A DNA stretch of 64,000 bases from Alphaproteobacteria bacterium. GTDB lineage: Bacteria > Pseudomonadota > Alphaproteobacteria > GCA-2731375. The notes under the pieces were generated by a model, which saw only the letters and a list, made by a program, of their open reading frames with translations, was not told where the DNA came from and ran no database searches. Below, piece after piece: positions 28,541 to 38,057 of the stretch (the stretch's first letter is position 1; the number at the start of each line of letters is the position of its first letter). A program made the translations under genes and the position numbers. The stretch lies in the NCBI GenBank assembly GCA_965232515.1, contig CBDDPY010000002.1:5952001-6016000 (forward strand), in the 5' to 3' direction.

Positions 28541-29854
28541 ATGGCGCTATCGAAACGACTTCGCGTTCTCCTACTGGCGGCACCGGCCGTGGTTGTGCTT
28601 GTGGCTATGCTGGCTGCGCGTCCTTCGGCACCTGCCGTCTTCTCCACAATTGAGAACGCTGCCCAAGACGCTTTCCAGCGAATACACCCCCGGCCGCGAT
28701 CGAACGGTCATGTCCTGATTGTCGCTATCGACGAAGCGAGCCTTGGCAAGCTGGGTCAATGGCCTTGGCCGCGCAGCGTGGTCGCCGACATCGTCAGTAA
28801 GCTCGATGCGCTTGGTGCCGCGTCGATTGCGCTCGACATTGCCTTTCCTGAGCCTGACCGCACAACATCAAGACCTCTGCGGCCCGGTTTGTCGGGGCGA
28901 GAGGAGGTTGAAGGAGGCAATGATCGGGCTCTCGCCGATGCACTGACGAGTGCTAATACGGTTGTTGGCTTTCTGGGATTCAAAAAAGAAGAGGTTGCTG
29001 AACGGCCTCCGGCGCTCAAAGCATTGATCACAATTGACGGGCCGACGTCGCGCCTTCCGCTCGTCAGCATGAAATACGCATTGCCGTCGCTGAAAAGTAT
29101 CGAGGCTGCCGCCAGCGGTAACGGTGGCTTGTTTTGGGCTTTTGACAAGGATGGTGTTGTGCGGCGGATGCCGTTGTTTGTTCAGGTCGGCAAAGAGATT
29201 TATCCAACGCTCACCGCGGAAGCGCTACGGCTGCGAGGAGAGAAGGTCGTGCATGCGCTAAGAACAGAGCCGGCCGGACGCGACCGACATGCTGTCGTCG
29301 TTGCAGCGCTTGTGGGCGGCATTCCGATTTCCACCGGCGCTGCCGCTGACGTGCGCCTTCACTATTCCCGTTATGCGCCCGAGCGGCACATCTCCGCCTG
29401 GGAACTGCTTGCCGGGGAGGTCGGCGAAACCGAAATCGAGGGTGCGGTCGTGTTCGTCGGCGCGACAGCCGTGGCATTGGGCGACCGTGCAGTGAGTACG
29501 CTGGGCGACGTTATTCCCGGCGTCGAGGCCCACGCACAATTCGCCGATCAGCTAATCGACGGCAGCTATCTTTGGCGACCGGATTGGCTCGAGGGCGCCG
29601 AGCTCTTCGCCATGATCATCACCTGGGGGATTGTCGCTATGACGGCCCTGCGGTTCACGGCGTCGTGGTCGGCAGGCATTTTGATACTTTCGGTTGCGAT
29701 CTGGTGGGGCGTTGCCTGGCAATTCTTTGTCGGCCGGCATGTCGTGCTCGACCCAACCTTTGCTTCGATCGTCATCGTCATGACATATCTTGCCTGTGTC
29801 ATCGTGAGGCTGATCGGGCTGGAGCGAGACGGCCGCGACGTCGCTGAAAGCTGA
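28541..29854 (+). CDS. CHASE2 sensor-domain membrane protein lacking an output domain
   Basis: IVAIDEASL..LGQWPWPR, DIAFPEPDR, DKDGVVRR, PGVEAHA, three TM helices then stop; more AT-rich codon use than neighbours. Confidence 0.8.
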   Translation: MALSKRLRVLLLAAPAVVVLVAMLAARPSAPAVFSTIENAAQDAFQRIHPRPRSNGHVLIVAIDEASLGKLGQWPWPRSVVADIVSKLDALGAASIALDIAFPEPDRTTSRPLRPGLSGREEVEGGNDRALADALTSANTVVGFLGFKKEEVAERPPALKALITIDGPTSRLPLVSMKYALPSLKSIEAAASGNGGLFWAFDKDGVVRRMPLFVQVGKEIYPTLTAEALRLRGEKVVHALRTEPAGRDRHAVVVAALVGGIPISTGAAADVRLHYSRYAPERHISAWELLAGEVGETEIEGAVVFVGATAVALGDRAVSTLGDVIPGVEAHAQFADQLIDGSYLWRPDWLEGAELFAMIITWGIVAMTALRFTASWSAGILILSVAIWWGVAWQFFVGRHVVLDPTFASIVIVMTYLACVIVRLIGLERDGRDVAES

Positions 29855-31969
29855 TTATTTCGATTGCAGAACGATGGTCGTGCCGGTTTTGCCTTGTTGC
29901 AGACGGCGCAGGTGGAATTGGGCGAGCGCGTCGGTCGGGCACGCGTCGACGATGGCGGCAAACGCGGCTTCGGCAGCGGTGTCGCCTTTTTGCAGCAGGT
30001 CGTAGGCGGTCATGTAGGCTTGTCCGTTTGTCGTGTCGCCGGTGTCCGTCGCCGTCGGGGCGAACGCGTCGATGCCTTCGGTCTTGCCTTTCAGAAACAG
30101 CGTGCCGACGGGGCGGCCGATGAAATCGGGCACGGCCGCGGCGGTGGCGCCGCTGATCAGGACGCGGGTCCCGAGCTCCGTATTTGCGGTCTCCAGCCGC
30201 GCCGTGGTGTTGATCGCATCGCCCAGCGCGCGATAGTCGTGGATCGACTGGCCGCCGACATTGCCGACGATGACCGGGCCGGAATTCACTCCGATCCGCG
30301 TCACGCCGATCGGCAGGCCCTCGGCCCGCTTGGCCGCGGCCCATTTTTGCGCGAAACGGTCCATCTCGAGCGCGCAGGCGATGCCGCGGGCGGCGTGGTC
30401 CGGCTGCGTCACGGGCGCCGAGAACATGACGGCGACGGCATCGCCGACGATGCGGTCGATGGTGCCCTCGTGCCGCTGGGCGATGCCGATCATGCCGTCG
30501 AGATACTCGTTCAGCAGATTGACGACCGCGACGGGGTCCGATGTCTCGACCAGCGCCGTGAAGCCCTCAAGATCGCTGAGCACGAAGGTGCATTCGCGTC
30601 GCTCGCCGCCGAGGCGGAGCGCTTGTGGATTTGCGATGAGATGCGACACGAGGTTCGGCGAGATGTAGGTGGAGAAGGCCTTGCGGATCCAGGCCTGCTG
30701 GCGCTCGCTCTGCACATGCCGGGGGATCGAGCAGGCGAGATAGATCGCGATCGCCGCGAGCGAGGGCGACAGGGGGTCGAGCAGAATGCGGGCCGCGGCG
30801 AAGGCGGACCACGAGGCGAGACAGACGGCGAGGATCACAATGGCGCCGGCGACGGCGGACCACAGCGCGCTCAGCCGGTAGATCAGGACCACGACGAGAG
30901 CGCACATGACGACGAGTGTCAGGATCTCGGCGCCGACGGTCCAGTCCGGGCGCAATAGATAGGACCCCAGCAGGATCTGTTCGGCCAGCTCGGCATGGGC
31001 CTCGACGCCGGGCAGTGGATCGCCGGATGGCCGGATACGCAGGTCGTTCAATCCGGCCGCCGAACTGCCGACGAAGACAATGGCGCCTTGCAGATCGTCA
31101 TCCGCGATGTCGTCGGCCAGCAGTCGCCAGGCCGGAATCGTGCGCCCCGGCGGCGGATCCGCGTAGTGCAGCCAGACATGCGCTGTCGCGTCCGTCGCGA
31201 CGATCAGGTTGCCGATGCGGACGTCGACGATGCCGGTTCCGGCGTCGGACGATTGCACTATGAAACTTTCCGCGCCCTGCGCGACCCGCACCGCCTCGGC
31301 CGCCAGCGTCGGCACGATCGCGTCGCCGATGCGCATCATCAATGGCATACGTCTGAGGGCGCCGTCGGTATCTTGGGTAACGTTCAGGCTGCCGTTGCCG
31401 GACGCCGCGGCCTCAAGCGGTGGCAACGCCCTGACGGCGCCGCGAAAATTCGGCAGGAATGGTCGCGGGTCGCCGCCCGACATCGCAATGCCGGCCGGCG
31501 GCGGCGCTGTTCCATCGGCCGCGTCCTGGGTCAACACGAAACCGGTAACCACCCGACCCTTGGCGATCCGCGCCGCGAGAACGGAATCATGATCGGGCAA
31601 CTGGACAATCAGGTTTCGGACCGCCGAATTGGCGACATACGGGCTGAGGGCCTGCGCCGGCGACGTCCGGTCCGGCTCTGCCAGGACGATATCGAAGGCG
31701 ATGGCGGCGGCGCCCAGCGCCTGCAGCCGCGCGGTGATGTCGGCCAGCCGGTCTCGCGGCCAGGGCCATTGGCCGAAGCGCGTCAGACTGGCTTCGTCGA
31801 TGTCGACGACGCGCACCGGCGTCGGCTGATAGGGCCGCGGCTGAAGTCGCTGATAAAGATCGAAAGCGACGTTCTGGACGTTCGCGGCGATCGACGGGTT
31901 CGTCACGCGAAACCCGATGACCGCCAGCAGCACGATCAACGACAGAATGGCGGGCCAGTACCGGCGCAT
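29855..31969 (-). CDS. CHASE2-domain class III nucleotide (adenylate/guanylate) cyclase
   Basis: CHASE2 + 3 TM + SDLEGFT, VGDAV, RIGVNSG, GDAINTTARLE. Confidence 0.92.
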   Translation of the reverse strand: MRRYWPAILSLIVLLAVIGFRVTNPSIAANVQNVAFDLYQRLQPRPYQPTPVRVVDIDEASLTRFGQWPWPRDRLADITARLQALGAAAIAFDIVLAEPDRTSPAQALSPYVANSAVRNLIVQLPDHDSVLAARIAKGRVVTGFVLTQDAADGTAPPPAGIAMSGGDPRPFLPNFRGAVRALPPLEAAASGNGSLNVTQDTDGALRRMPLMMRIGDAIVPTLAAEAVRVAQGAESFIVQSSDAGTGIVDVRIGNLIVATDATAHVWLHYADPPPGRTIPAWRLLADDIADDDLQGAIVFVGSSAAGLNDLRIRPSGDPLPGVEAHAELAEQILLGSYLLRPDWTVGAEILTLVVMCALVVVLIYRLSALWSAVAGAIVILAVCLASWSAFAAARILLDPLSPSLAAIAIYLACSIPRHVQSERQQAWIRKAFSTYISPNLVSHLIANPQALRLGGERRECTFVLSDLEGFTALVETSDPVAVVNLLNEYLDGMIGIAQRHEGTIDRIVGDAVAVMFSAPVTQPDHAARGIACALEMDRFAQKWAAAKRAEGLPIGVTRIGVNSGPVIVGNVGGQSIHDYRALGDAINTTARLETANTELGTRVLISGATAAAVPDFIGRPVGTLFLKGKTEGIDAFAPTATDTGDTTNGQAYMTAYDLLQKGDTAAEAAFAAIVDACPTDALAQFHLRRLQQGKTGTTIVLQSK

Positions 31970-32106
31970 GCGGGCTATGCAAGGTGCCGGGGCGCAGACT
32001 GTCAAGTGTGACAATTACCCATGCGCACGCGGCCGTGCTTGTGGGAAACTGGCCGTAAGTTGGGGTCGATGCGCCGCTAAGTCGCGTACGGAAGGGGAGT
32101 GCTGTC

Positions 32107-32958
32107 ATGTTCAGCCCGACCAATGTCCTCATCGACGCCTTTGTCGATTATCTGAAGCAGACCTATCATCAGACCTACGGCCTGCTGGAGCCGGAATACC
32201 CCAACGTCATTGCCTATTGCGGCCGGATCGCGCTGGAGAACATCGCCAACAGCGACGCCGCCTATCACGACATGCACCACACGATGATGGTTGCACTGGT
32301 CGGCCAGGAGATCCTGAAGGGCCGGCATATCAGCGAGGGCGGGGTGGCGCCGAAGGACTGGCTGCATTTTGTCGTCGGGCTGCTGTGCCACGACATCGGC
32401 TATGTGCGCGGCGTCTGTAGCGGCGACGGCGAGGACAGTTTCGTGACTGACGACGCCGGCGGCAGGGTGACGGCGCCGCGTGGTGCCACGGACGCCTTCC
32501 TGACGCCCTATCACATCAACCGATCGCAGATTTTCGTGCGCGAGCGCTTCGGCGGCGTCGCCATCATGGATGCCGAGGAGATCTGCCGGAATGTCGAATA
32601 CACCCGGTTCCCGGTGCCAGAGGAAGGCTATGCCGAGACCGGCGACTATCCCGGTCTGCTGCGGGCCGCCGACCTGATCGGCCAGATGGGCGACATCAAC
32701 TATGTCCGCCGCATTCCGGCGCTGTTCGCCGAGTTTCAGGAGACCGGCACCAACGACGCGCTGGGCTACAAGACGCCAGCCGATCTGCGCGAGGCCTATC
32801 CCAAGTTCTTCTGGAACATGGTGCGGCCGCATATCGATGACGGGCTGCGCTATCTGCGGGTGACGCAGGAAGGCAAGATGTGGATCGCCGGCCTTTATGC
32901 GCACATCTTCGCCGAGGAACACCGCGCGGACCCGGACGGCACGGTGCGCGACCTCTAG
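32107..32958 (+). CDS. HD-domain metal-dependent phosphohydrolase
   Basis: YHDMHHT, CHDIGY, RAADLIGQ. Confidence 0.85.
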   Translation: MFSPTNVLIDAFVDYLKQTYHQTYGLLEPEYPNVIAYCGRIALENIANSDAAYHDMHHTMMVALVGQEILKGRHISEGGVAPKDWLHFVVGLLCHDIGYVRGVCSGDGEDSFVTDDAGGRVTAPRGATDAFLTPYHINRSQIFVRERFGGVAIMDAEEICRNVEYTRFPVPEEGYAETGDYPGLLRAADLIGQMGDINYVRRIPALFAEFQETGTNDALGYKTPADLREAYPKFFWNMVRPHIDDGLRYLRVTQEGKMWIAGLYAHIFAEEHRADPDGTVRDL

Positions 32959-32969
32959 ACGGTTCTGGC

Positions 32970-34148
32970 CTACACGATGTTGGCTTCGCGGACCGGGCGG
33001 TTGGCGGGGATGCGGTCGTAGGCGAAGACCGTGAGGTCGAGACTGCGGTAGGCGCCGTGCGCGATGAGCTCGGCGACGGCGCGGCCGGCGGCGGGCGACT
33101 GCTGGATGCCGTGGCCGCTGAAGCCGTTGCAGAACATGAGGCCGCCGATCTCCGGGTGCGGACCCAGGATGGCGTTGTGATCGAAGGTGTTGAAGTCGTA
33201 GTGGCCGGCCCAGGCGGATGACAGCTTGATCGCCTCGAAGGCCGGCACGCGGTGGGCCAGCGTCGGCCAGATGGTCTCCTCGAAGACGTCGTATTCCAGC
33301 TCCAGATCGTCGCAGTCGGGGTCCTGGTCTTCCGGCGGCGAGACGATGCCGAGATACTGGCCGCTTTCCGGCCGGAAGGTGACGCCGTTGGTGTCAATGG
33401 TGAGTGGCGCCGACGACAGGTCCTCGCGGCAGTCGAAGACGTAGGTCATGCGCTTGCGCGGCCGCACCGGCAGCTCCGTGCCGGCGAAGCGGGCGATGTC
33501 GCCGGCGCGGGGCCCGGCGGCATTGACCAGCACGCCGCAGGCGATGTCGCCGCCGTCGCGCAGGCTGACGCCGCTCACGCGCGCGCCGTCACGGGCAACG
33601 TCGACGACGGCATCCTTCACGTAGGTCGTGCCGAGGGAGATCGCCTTGCGGCGGAAGCCCTGCAGCAGGGCGTGCGGATCGATCCAACCCTCGTTGCGCG
33701 GCCCGAAGCAGCCGCCGGCGAGCCCGTCCGTGTTGATCCAGGGGAAGCGTTCGGCGAGCGCGTCGGGCGACATCAGGTCGACCTTGCAGCCGAGCGATTT
33801 CTGCGTCTCGACATTCTGTTGCAGGATCGGCAGGCCGTCGGCGCTGGCCAGGAACAGATAGCCGTTCTCGTGGAAACCGAGGTCGGGCCCCTCGCCGTCG
33901 ACCGCCAGGACGTCGGCGGCCCGGCGGGCGAACTCGATGCCGAACATGGACATGCGGATGTTGTCGGGGTGCGAGAATTGCTGCCGCAGGCCGCCCCAGG
34001 ACCGGGTGGTGGCGCAGGCGGCGTAGGTTGGGTCGGGCTCGACCACCAGCACCGTGCCGTCGAAGTCCGGGTCGGCGGCGAGCCAGTAGGCGACGGAGCT
34101 GCCGACCACGCCGCCGCCGGCGATCACCACGTCGTAAGCCTGTTGCAT
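32970..34148 (-). CDS. FAD-dependent oxidoreductase (DAO / sarcosine oxidase / FOXRED1-like)
   Basis: GGGVVG, GGLRQQFS, VNAAGP, WAGHY, GFSGHG. Confidence 0.9.
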   Translation of the reverse strand: MQQAYDVVIAGGGVVGSSVAYWLAADPDFDGTVLVVEPDPTYAACATTRSWGGLRQQFSHPDNIRMSMFGIEFARRAADVLAVDGEGPDLGFHENGYLFLASADGLPILQQNVETQKSLGCKVDLMSPDALAERFPWINTDGLAGGCFGPRNEGWIDPHALLQGFRRKAISLGTTYVKDAVVDVARDGARVSGVSLRDGGDIACGVLVNAAGPRAGDIARFAGTELPVRPRKRMTYVFDCREDLSSAPLTIDTNGVTFRPESGQYLGIVSPPEDQDPDCDDLELEYDVFEETIWPTLAHRVPAFEAIKLSSAWAGHYDFNTFDHNAILGPHPEIGGLMFCNGFSGHGIQQSPAAGRAVAELIAHGAYRSLDLTVFAYDRIPANRPVREANIV

Positions 34149-34215
34149 GTCTGTCCCTGCCGTCTCGCGTTGTTGTTCGTTTGCCGCAGCCTAGCCGCTC
34201 ATTTCCACGAGGTCG

Positions 34216-34233
34216 ACTGAACAGCGGTTCAGT
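34216..34233. promoter_or_regulatory. Palindromic operator candidate in a divergent promoter
   Basis: ACTGAAC-AGCG-GTTCAGT. Confidence 0.45.
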
Positions 34234-34304
34234 TCGGCGTTGCCTGACCGGCGGCCGGCCCATAACATTCGCATACAAACGTTCGTCCGATGAGGAGCAC
34301 CGCC

Positions 34305-35411
34305 ATGGACCTGGGCATATTCATGATGCCATTGCACGCGCCCGACAAGCCGTTCCTGACGTCGCTGCGCGAGGACCAGGCGGCGGTGCTGCTGGCCGAC
34401 GAGCTCGGTTGCAGCGAAGCCTGGGTCGGCGAGCACTATTCGTCGGAGTCCGAACCAATCACCTCGCCGTTGATCTTCCTGGCCTCGCTGATGGCGGAGA
34501 CCAAGCAGATCAAGTTCGGCACCGGCGTCATCAATCTGCCCCAGCAGCATCCGGCCGTGGTGGCGGGACACGTGGCGATGTTCGACCAGCTCTGCGAGGG
34601 CCGATTCATCTTCGGCATCGGCGCCGGCGGCTTGGCAAGCGACTTCGAGCTGTTCCAGATGCCGGACGTCGCCGAGCGGGGGCAGATGCTGGCCGAGTCG
34701 ATCCAGACCATTCTGGAGATCTGGAAGCAGGATCCGCCCTACGAGATTGACGGCAAGCACTGGAACATCTCGCTCAAAAATGCGGTCTGGCCAGAGATCG
34801 GCGTCGGCCGCATGGCCCGGCCCTATCAGCAGCCGCATCCGCCCATCGCCATGTCGATCATGAGCCCGTCATCGTCAACGGCAAAGGTCTGCGGCACGCG
34901 GGGCTGGATTCCGCTGTCGGCGAACTTTCTGCCGTCGTTCCATTTGGCCAGCCATTGGGCGATGTATGTCGAGGGCTGCGAGGCGGCCGGGCATCGGCCG
35001 GACCGCTCGAAATGGCGCGTCGCGCGCAACATCGTGGTGGCCGAGAGCGACGCCGAGGCCGAGGACTACATCCATAATCCCGACAACGCGCCGCACTTCT
35101 ATTACGAATACCTCATCACCATGCTGAAGAAGCGCAACGCCACGGCAGCGTTCAAGACCCGGCCCGACATGACCGACGACGAGGTCGACGCGGCGCATGG
35201 CGTACGCACCATGTATATCGCCGGCAGTCCCGACACCGTGACCGAGAAGCTGGTGGCGCTGCGCGAGGAGACCGGCGATTTCGGCACGCTGATCGCGACC
35301 CAGCACGACTGGGACGACGTCGCCTTCAATCGCCGCTCGCTGACGCTGCTGGCGAACGAGGTGATGCCGCGGTTCCGGGCGCATGCCGAGGCGACCCAGG
35401 CGGCTGAGTAA
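34305..35411 (+). CDS. LLM-class flavin-dependent oxidoreductase
   Basis: WVGEH, FGTGV, GRFIFGIGAG, PYQQPHPP. Confidence 0.9.
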   Translation: MDLGIFMMPLHAPDKPFLTSLREDQAAVLLADELGCSEAWVGEHYSSESEPITSPLIFLASLMAETKQIKFGTGVINLPQQHPAVVAGHVAMFDQLCEGRFIFGIGAGGLASDFELFQMPDVAERGQMLAESIQTILEIWKQDPPYEIDGKHWNISLKNAVWPEIGVGRMARPYQQPHPPIAMSIMSPSSSTAKVCGTRGWIPLSANFLPSFHLASHWAMYVEGCEAAGHRPDRSKWRVARNIVVAESDAEAEDYIHNPDNAPHFYYEYLITMLKKRNATAAFKTRPDMTDDEVDAAHGVRTMYIAGSPDTVTEKLVALREETGDFGTLIATQHDWDDVAFNRRSLTLLANEVMPRFRAHAEATQAAE

Positions 35412-35429
35412 GCCGGCCGACCGACGGTC

Positions 35430-36563
35430 ATGATCCTCACCGACGAGCAGCGCCAGATCCAGGAGATGGCGCGGCGCTTCAGCGCCGAACGTCTGGCGCC
35501 GAACGCGGCCGAGTGGGACCGCGCGGCGGCGCTGCCGCGCGCTGTTATCGACGAGATGGGCGCGCTCGGCTTCATGGGCATGTTCGTGCCCGAGGACTGG
35601 GGCGGCGCGGCGTCGGACCATGTCAGCTTCGCGCTGGTGCTGGAGGAGATCGCCGCCGGCTGCGGCGCCGTCTCGACGGCGATCAGCGGGCATAACTCCG
35701 TCGCCTGCCTGCCGATCCTGGACTACGGCACGGAGGCGCAGAAGTCGGCCTATTTGCCGAAGCTGGCCCGCGGCGAGATGCTGGGCGCGTTCCTGTTGAC
35801 GGAGCCGCAGGGCGGGTCTGATGCGTCGAACCTGAAGACGCGGGCGGTGCGCAACGGCAATGGCTGGATCGTCAACGGCACCAAGCAGTTCATCACCTCA
35901 GGTGAGAGCGCCGACCTGGGGCTGGTGTTCGCGGCAACCGATCCCGAGGCCGGCAAGTGCGGCATTAGCGCCTTCATCGTCGAGACCGACAATCCGGGCT
36001 ACGTGGTCGACCGCGTCGAGAACAAGCTGGGCCAGCGCGCGTCCGACACCTGCCAGATCTCGTTCCAGGAGATGCGGCTGCCGGCCGACGCCATGCTGGG
36101 CGCGGAGGGCGAGGGTTACAAGATCGCGCTCGCCAACCTGGAAGGCGGCCGCGTCGGCATCGCCGCCCAGGCCGTCGGCATGGCGCGCGCCGCCTTCGAG
36201 GCCGCGCGCGATTACGCCCGCGAGCGCGAGACCTTCGGCAAGCCGATCATCGAACACCAGGCCGTGGCCTTTCGGCTGGCCGACATGGCGACCGGGATCG
36301 AGGCGGCGCGGCAGATGACGTTGCACGCGGCCGAGTTGCGCGACCGTGGCGAACCCTGCCTGAAGGAGGCGAGCATGGCGAAGCTGTTCGCCTCCGAAAT
36401 GGCCGAGCGGGTCTGTTCGGACGCGATCCAGACCTTCGGTGGCTACGGCTATGTCGAGGATTACCCCGTCGCCCGCATCGCCCGCGACGTCCGCGTCTGC
36501 AAGATCTACGAAGGCACCAACGACATCCAGAAGCTGGTGATCAGCCGGGCGTTGGCGGGGTGA
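35430..36563 (+). CDS. Acyl-CoA dehydrogenase
   Basis: LTEPQGGSD, NGTKQFIT, GGYGY, IYEGTNDIQ. Confidence 0.95.
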   Translation: MILTDEQRQIQEMARRFSAERLAPNAAEWDRAAALPRAVIDEMGALGFMGMFVPEDWGGAASDHVSFALVLEEIAAGCGAVSTAISGHNSVACLPILDYGTEAQKSAYLPKLARGEMLGAFLLTEPQGGSDASNLKTRAVRNGNGWIVNGTKQFITSGESADLGLVFAATDPEAGKCGISAFIVETDNPGYVVDRVENKLGQRASDTCQISFQEMRLPADAMLGAEGEGYKIALANLEGGRVGIAAQAVGMARAAFEAARDYARERETFGKPIIEHQAVAFRLADMATGIEAARQMTLHAAELRDRGEPCLKEASMAKLFASEMAERVCSDAIQTFGGYGYVEDYPVARIARDVRVCKIYEGTNDIQKLVISRALAG

Positions 36564-36565
36564 GG
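36505..36565 (+). repeat. 61-bp direct repeat (left copy, within the ACAD 3' end)
   Basis: TCTACGAAGGCACCAACGACATCCAGAAGCTGGTGATCAGCCGGGCGTTGGCGGGGTGAGG. Confidence 0.95.
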
Positions 36566-36709
36566 TTATACGCTTCGACTTCGTTCACGCCTCCTTCTTC
36601 ACGTAACAGTCGGGAGCCGTTTCTCCAAAAAGAGGAGTTTCAGTGCCGGCAGTTTGCGGACTACTCAATGTCATCAGTACCGTACCAGTGGGCACCGCAA
36701 TTATTCCTA

Positions 36710-36739
36710 TTGAAAACAATCTTATTGGGCGACTATATT
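36710..36739 (+). promoter_or_regulatory. Sigma70-like promoter for the islet genes
   Basis: TTGAAA-N18-TATATT upstream of RBS GAGG and ATG 36786. Confidence 0.45.
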
Positions 36740-36785
36740 TGGCGTAACACACGTATTAGAATGCATTTTTTTGAGGCTTTTGACG

Positions 36786-37436
36786 ATGATAGTGTCCAAA
36801 AATGAAATCGGACTAGCGCTACTGCGGTCTACCATGCGTGGCCGAATTGAACCTATGTTCGGGGTAGAGGAGATTGCGGATTTAAATGAAGATCTAGTTC
36901 GATTTCTGTTTCAAGAACAGCTTCTTGCCCGATTAGATAAGAAGTGGCCCTCAGTTGTGACCAGTACTGATGATAACATTAATGAGGGATTTCCAGAAGG
37001 CCGCGCAGTTCCAATCGATCTTGCCTCATTCTGTGATTCTGAAATATCTGTGTCTGATTTTGGTGAGACTATGGAAAGAATATTCACCTATGCGCAAGAT
37101 GAAGGCATCGCTATTTGGACAGTTCCGCTCCCGAGCGCTCGAAAATATTTTTTCGAAGGTTTGAGAGATGTGATCTATAGCCGTTCCGGCTGGTTCACTA
37201 GCGGTGCTCCCTCAAGTCAAACGAATGTGCCAAATGTGACCGTAACCTCAGCTCCGGCGAATCAACAGGCGCTATGGACCAAAGGTCATTTCTTTGGTCG
37301 TCACACCGTATTTGGCACAACCACACATGATCAAACCGTAAGTCCAGGAATATACTCTTTTTGGCTTCGGCACGATGTGCCGACGCCGCATCTACCTCTT
37401 TATGACATTCAGAAAGATACAACCGTGCCACTTTAG
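36786..37436 (+). CDS. Hypothetical protein (islet gene 1)
   Basis: 216-aa ORF in AT-rich DNA with RBS; no recognised family; beta-rich C-terminus. Confidence 0.75.
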   Translation: MIVSKNEIGLALLRSTMRGRIEPMFGVEEIADLNEDLVRFLFQEQLLARLDKKWPSVVTSTDDNINEGFPEGRAVPIDLASFCDSEISVSDFGETMERIFTYAQDEGIAIWTVPLPSARKYFFEGLRDVIYSRSGWFTSGAPSSQTNVPNVTVTSAPANQQALWTKGHFFGRHTVFGTTTHDQTVSPGIYSFWLRHDVPTPHLPLYDIQKDTTVPL

Positions 37437-37457
37437 CTGATACCTAGGATTGCTGTT

Positions 37458-38057
37458 GTGGGTGCTGGCAACGAGATGATCGAGTACGGCTCTCTAGCAG
37501 AAATAGTCAAGAACGTAGGTATTTTGTTAGCAGCCGTCTTAGCAATTTCCCTTGGCTGGATGAAGAGACATGGCTCTCAGTGGATTCCGCCCGATGAAGC
37601 GGTACCGAAGGCGACTACACGGACTGCATCTTTAATTACGGCGGTCTTGTTAGCTTTCCTGTATGCATTTCTTCGTCAGCCCGAGAGAATAATTGTCCTT
37701 GCTATATTAACTTTCCTTTCGCTCATAACCGCTGTCTCTGGTCACTTGTATATAGTCTACCTTTTGAAACGCTATGGGTTCGAAGTTGAAGGCAAAACTT
37801 GGTTCGGAAAAAAAATAAAAAGAATAAAGCTCGGCGGATCGAAGCTTACACACGATGCCATTAGGGCCAGGGAGGTAAGAAAAGTTGACGTCGATCGTCT
37901 ATTTGAAGAGTCTGGAGGAGTACTAGAAGCTGTTTTTACAAAACAATCAATTGCAAAGATACATACAACTGTATCTGCAGTGTTTCTTATTTTTCAGTCG
38001 TTCGGCTCGTTGGCATTGGGTGGAGCAGGTCTCCTCCTTAGTACCGCTAGCGTTTAG
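37458..38057 (+). CDS. Hypothetical ~4-TM membrane protein (islet gene 2)
   Basis: 199-aa ORF 21 bp after gene 1; three N-terminal hydrophobic helices, a basic loop and a C-terminal hydrophobic helix. Confidence 0.75.
   Translation: MGAGNEMIEYGSLAEIVKNVGILLAAVLAISLGWMKRHGSQWIPPDEAVPKATTRTASLITAVLLAFLYAFLRQPERIIVLAILTFLSLITAVSGHLYIVYLLKRYGFEVEGKTWFGKKIKRIKLGGSKLTHDAIRAREVRKVDVDRLFEESGGVLEAVFTKQSIAKIHTTVSAVFLIFQSFGSLALGGAGLLLSTASV

Noticed and set aside
36583-36750. Minus-strand short ORF containing GIIAVPTG, resembling an ion-channel S6 helix
   Set aside because: No upstream TVGYG pore motif, only ~55 codons, and it overlaps the islet promoter; likely chance.
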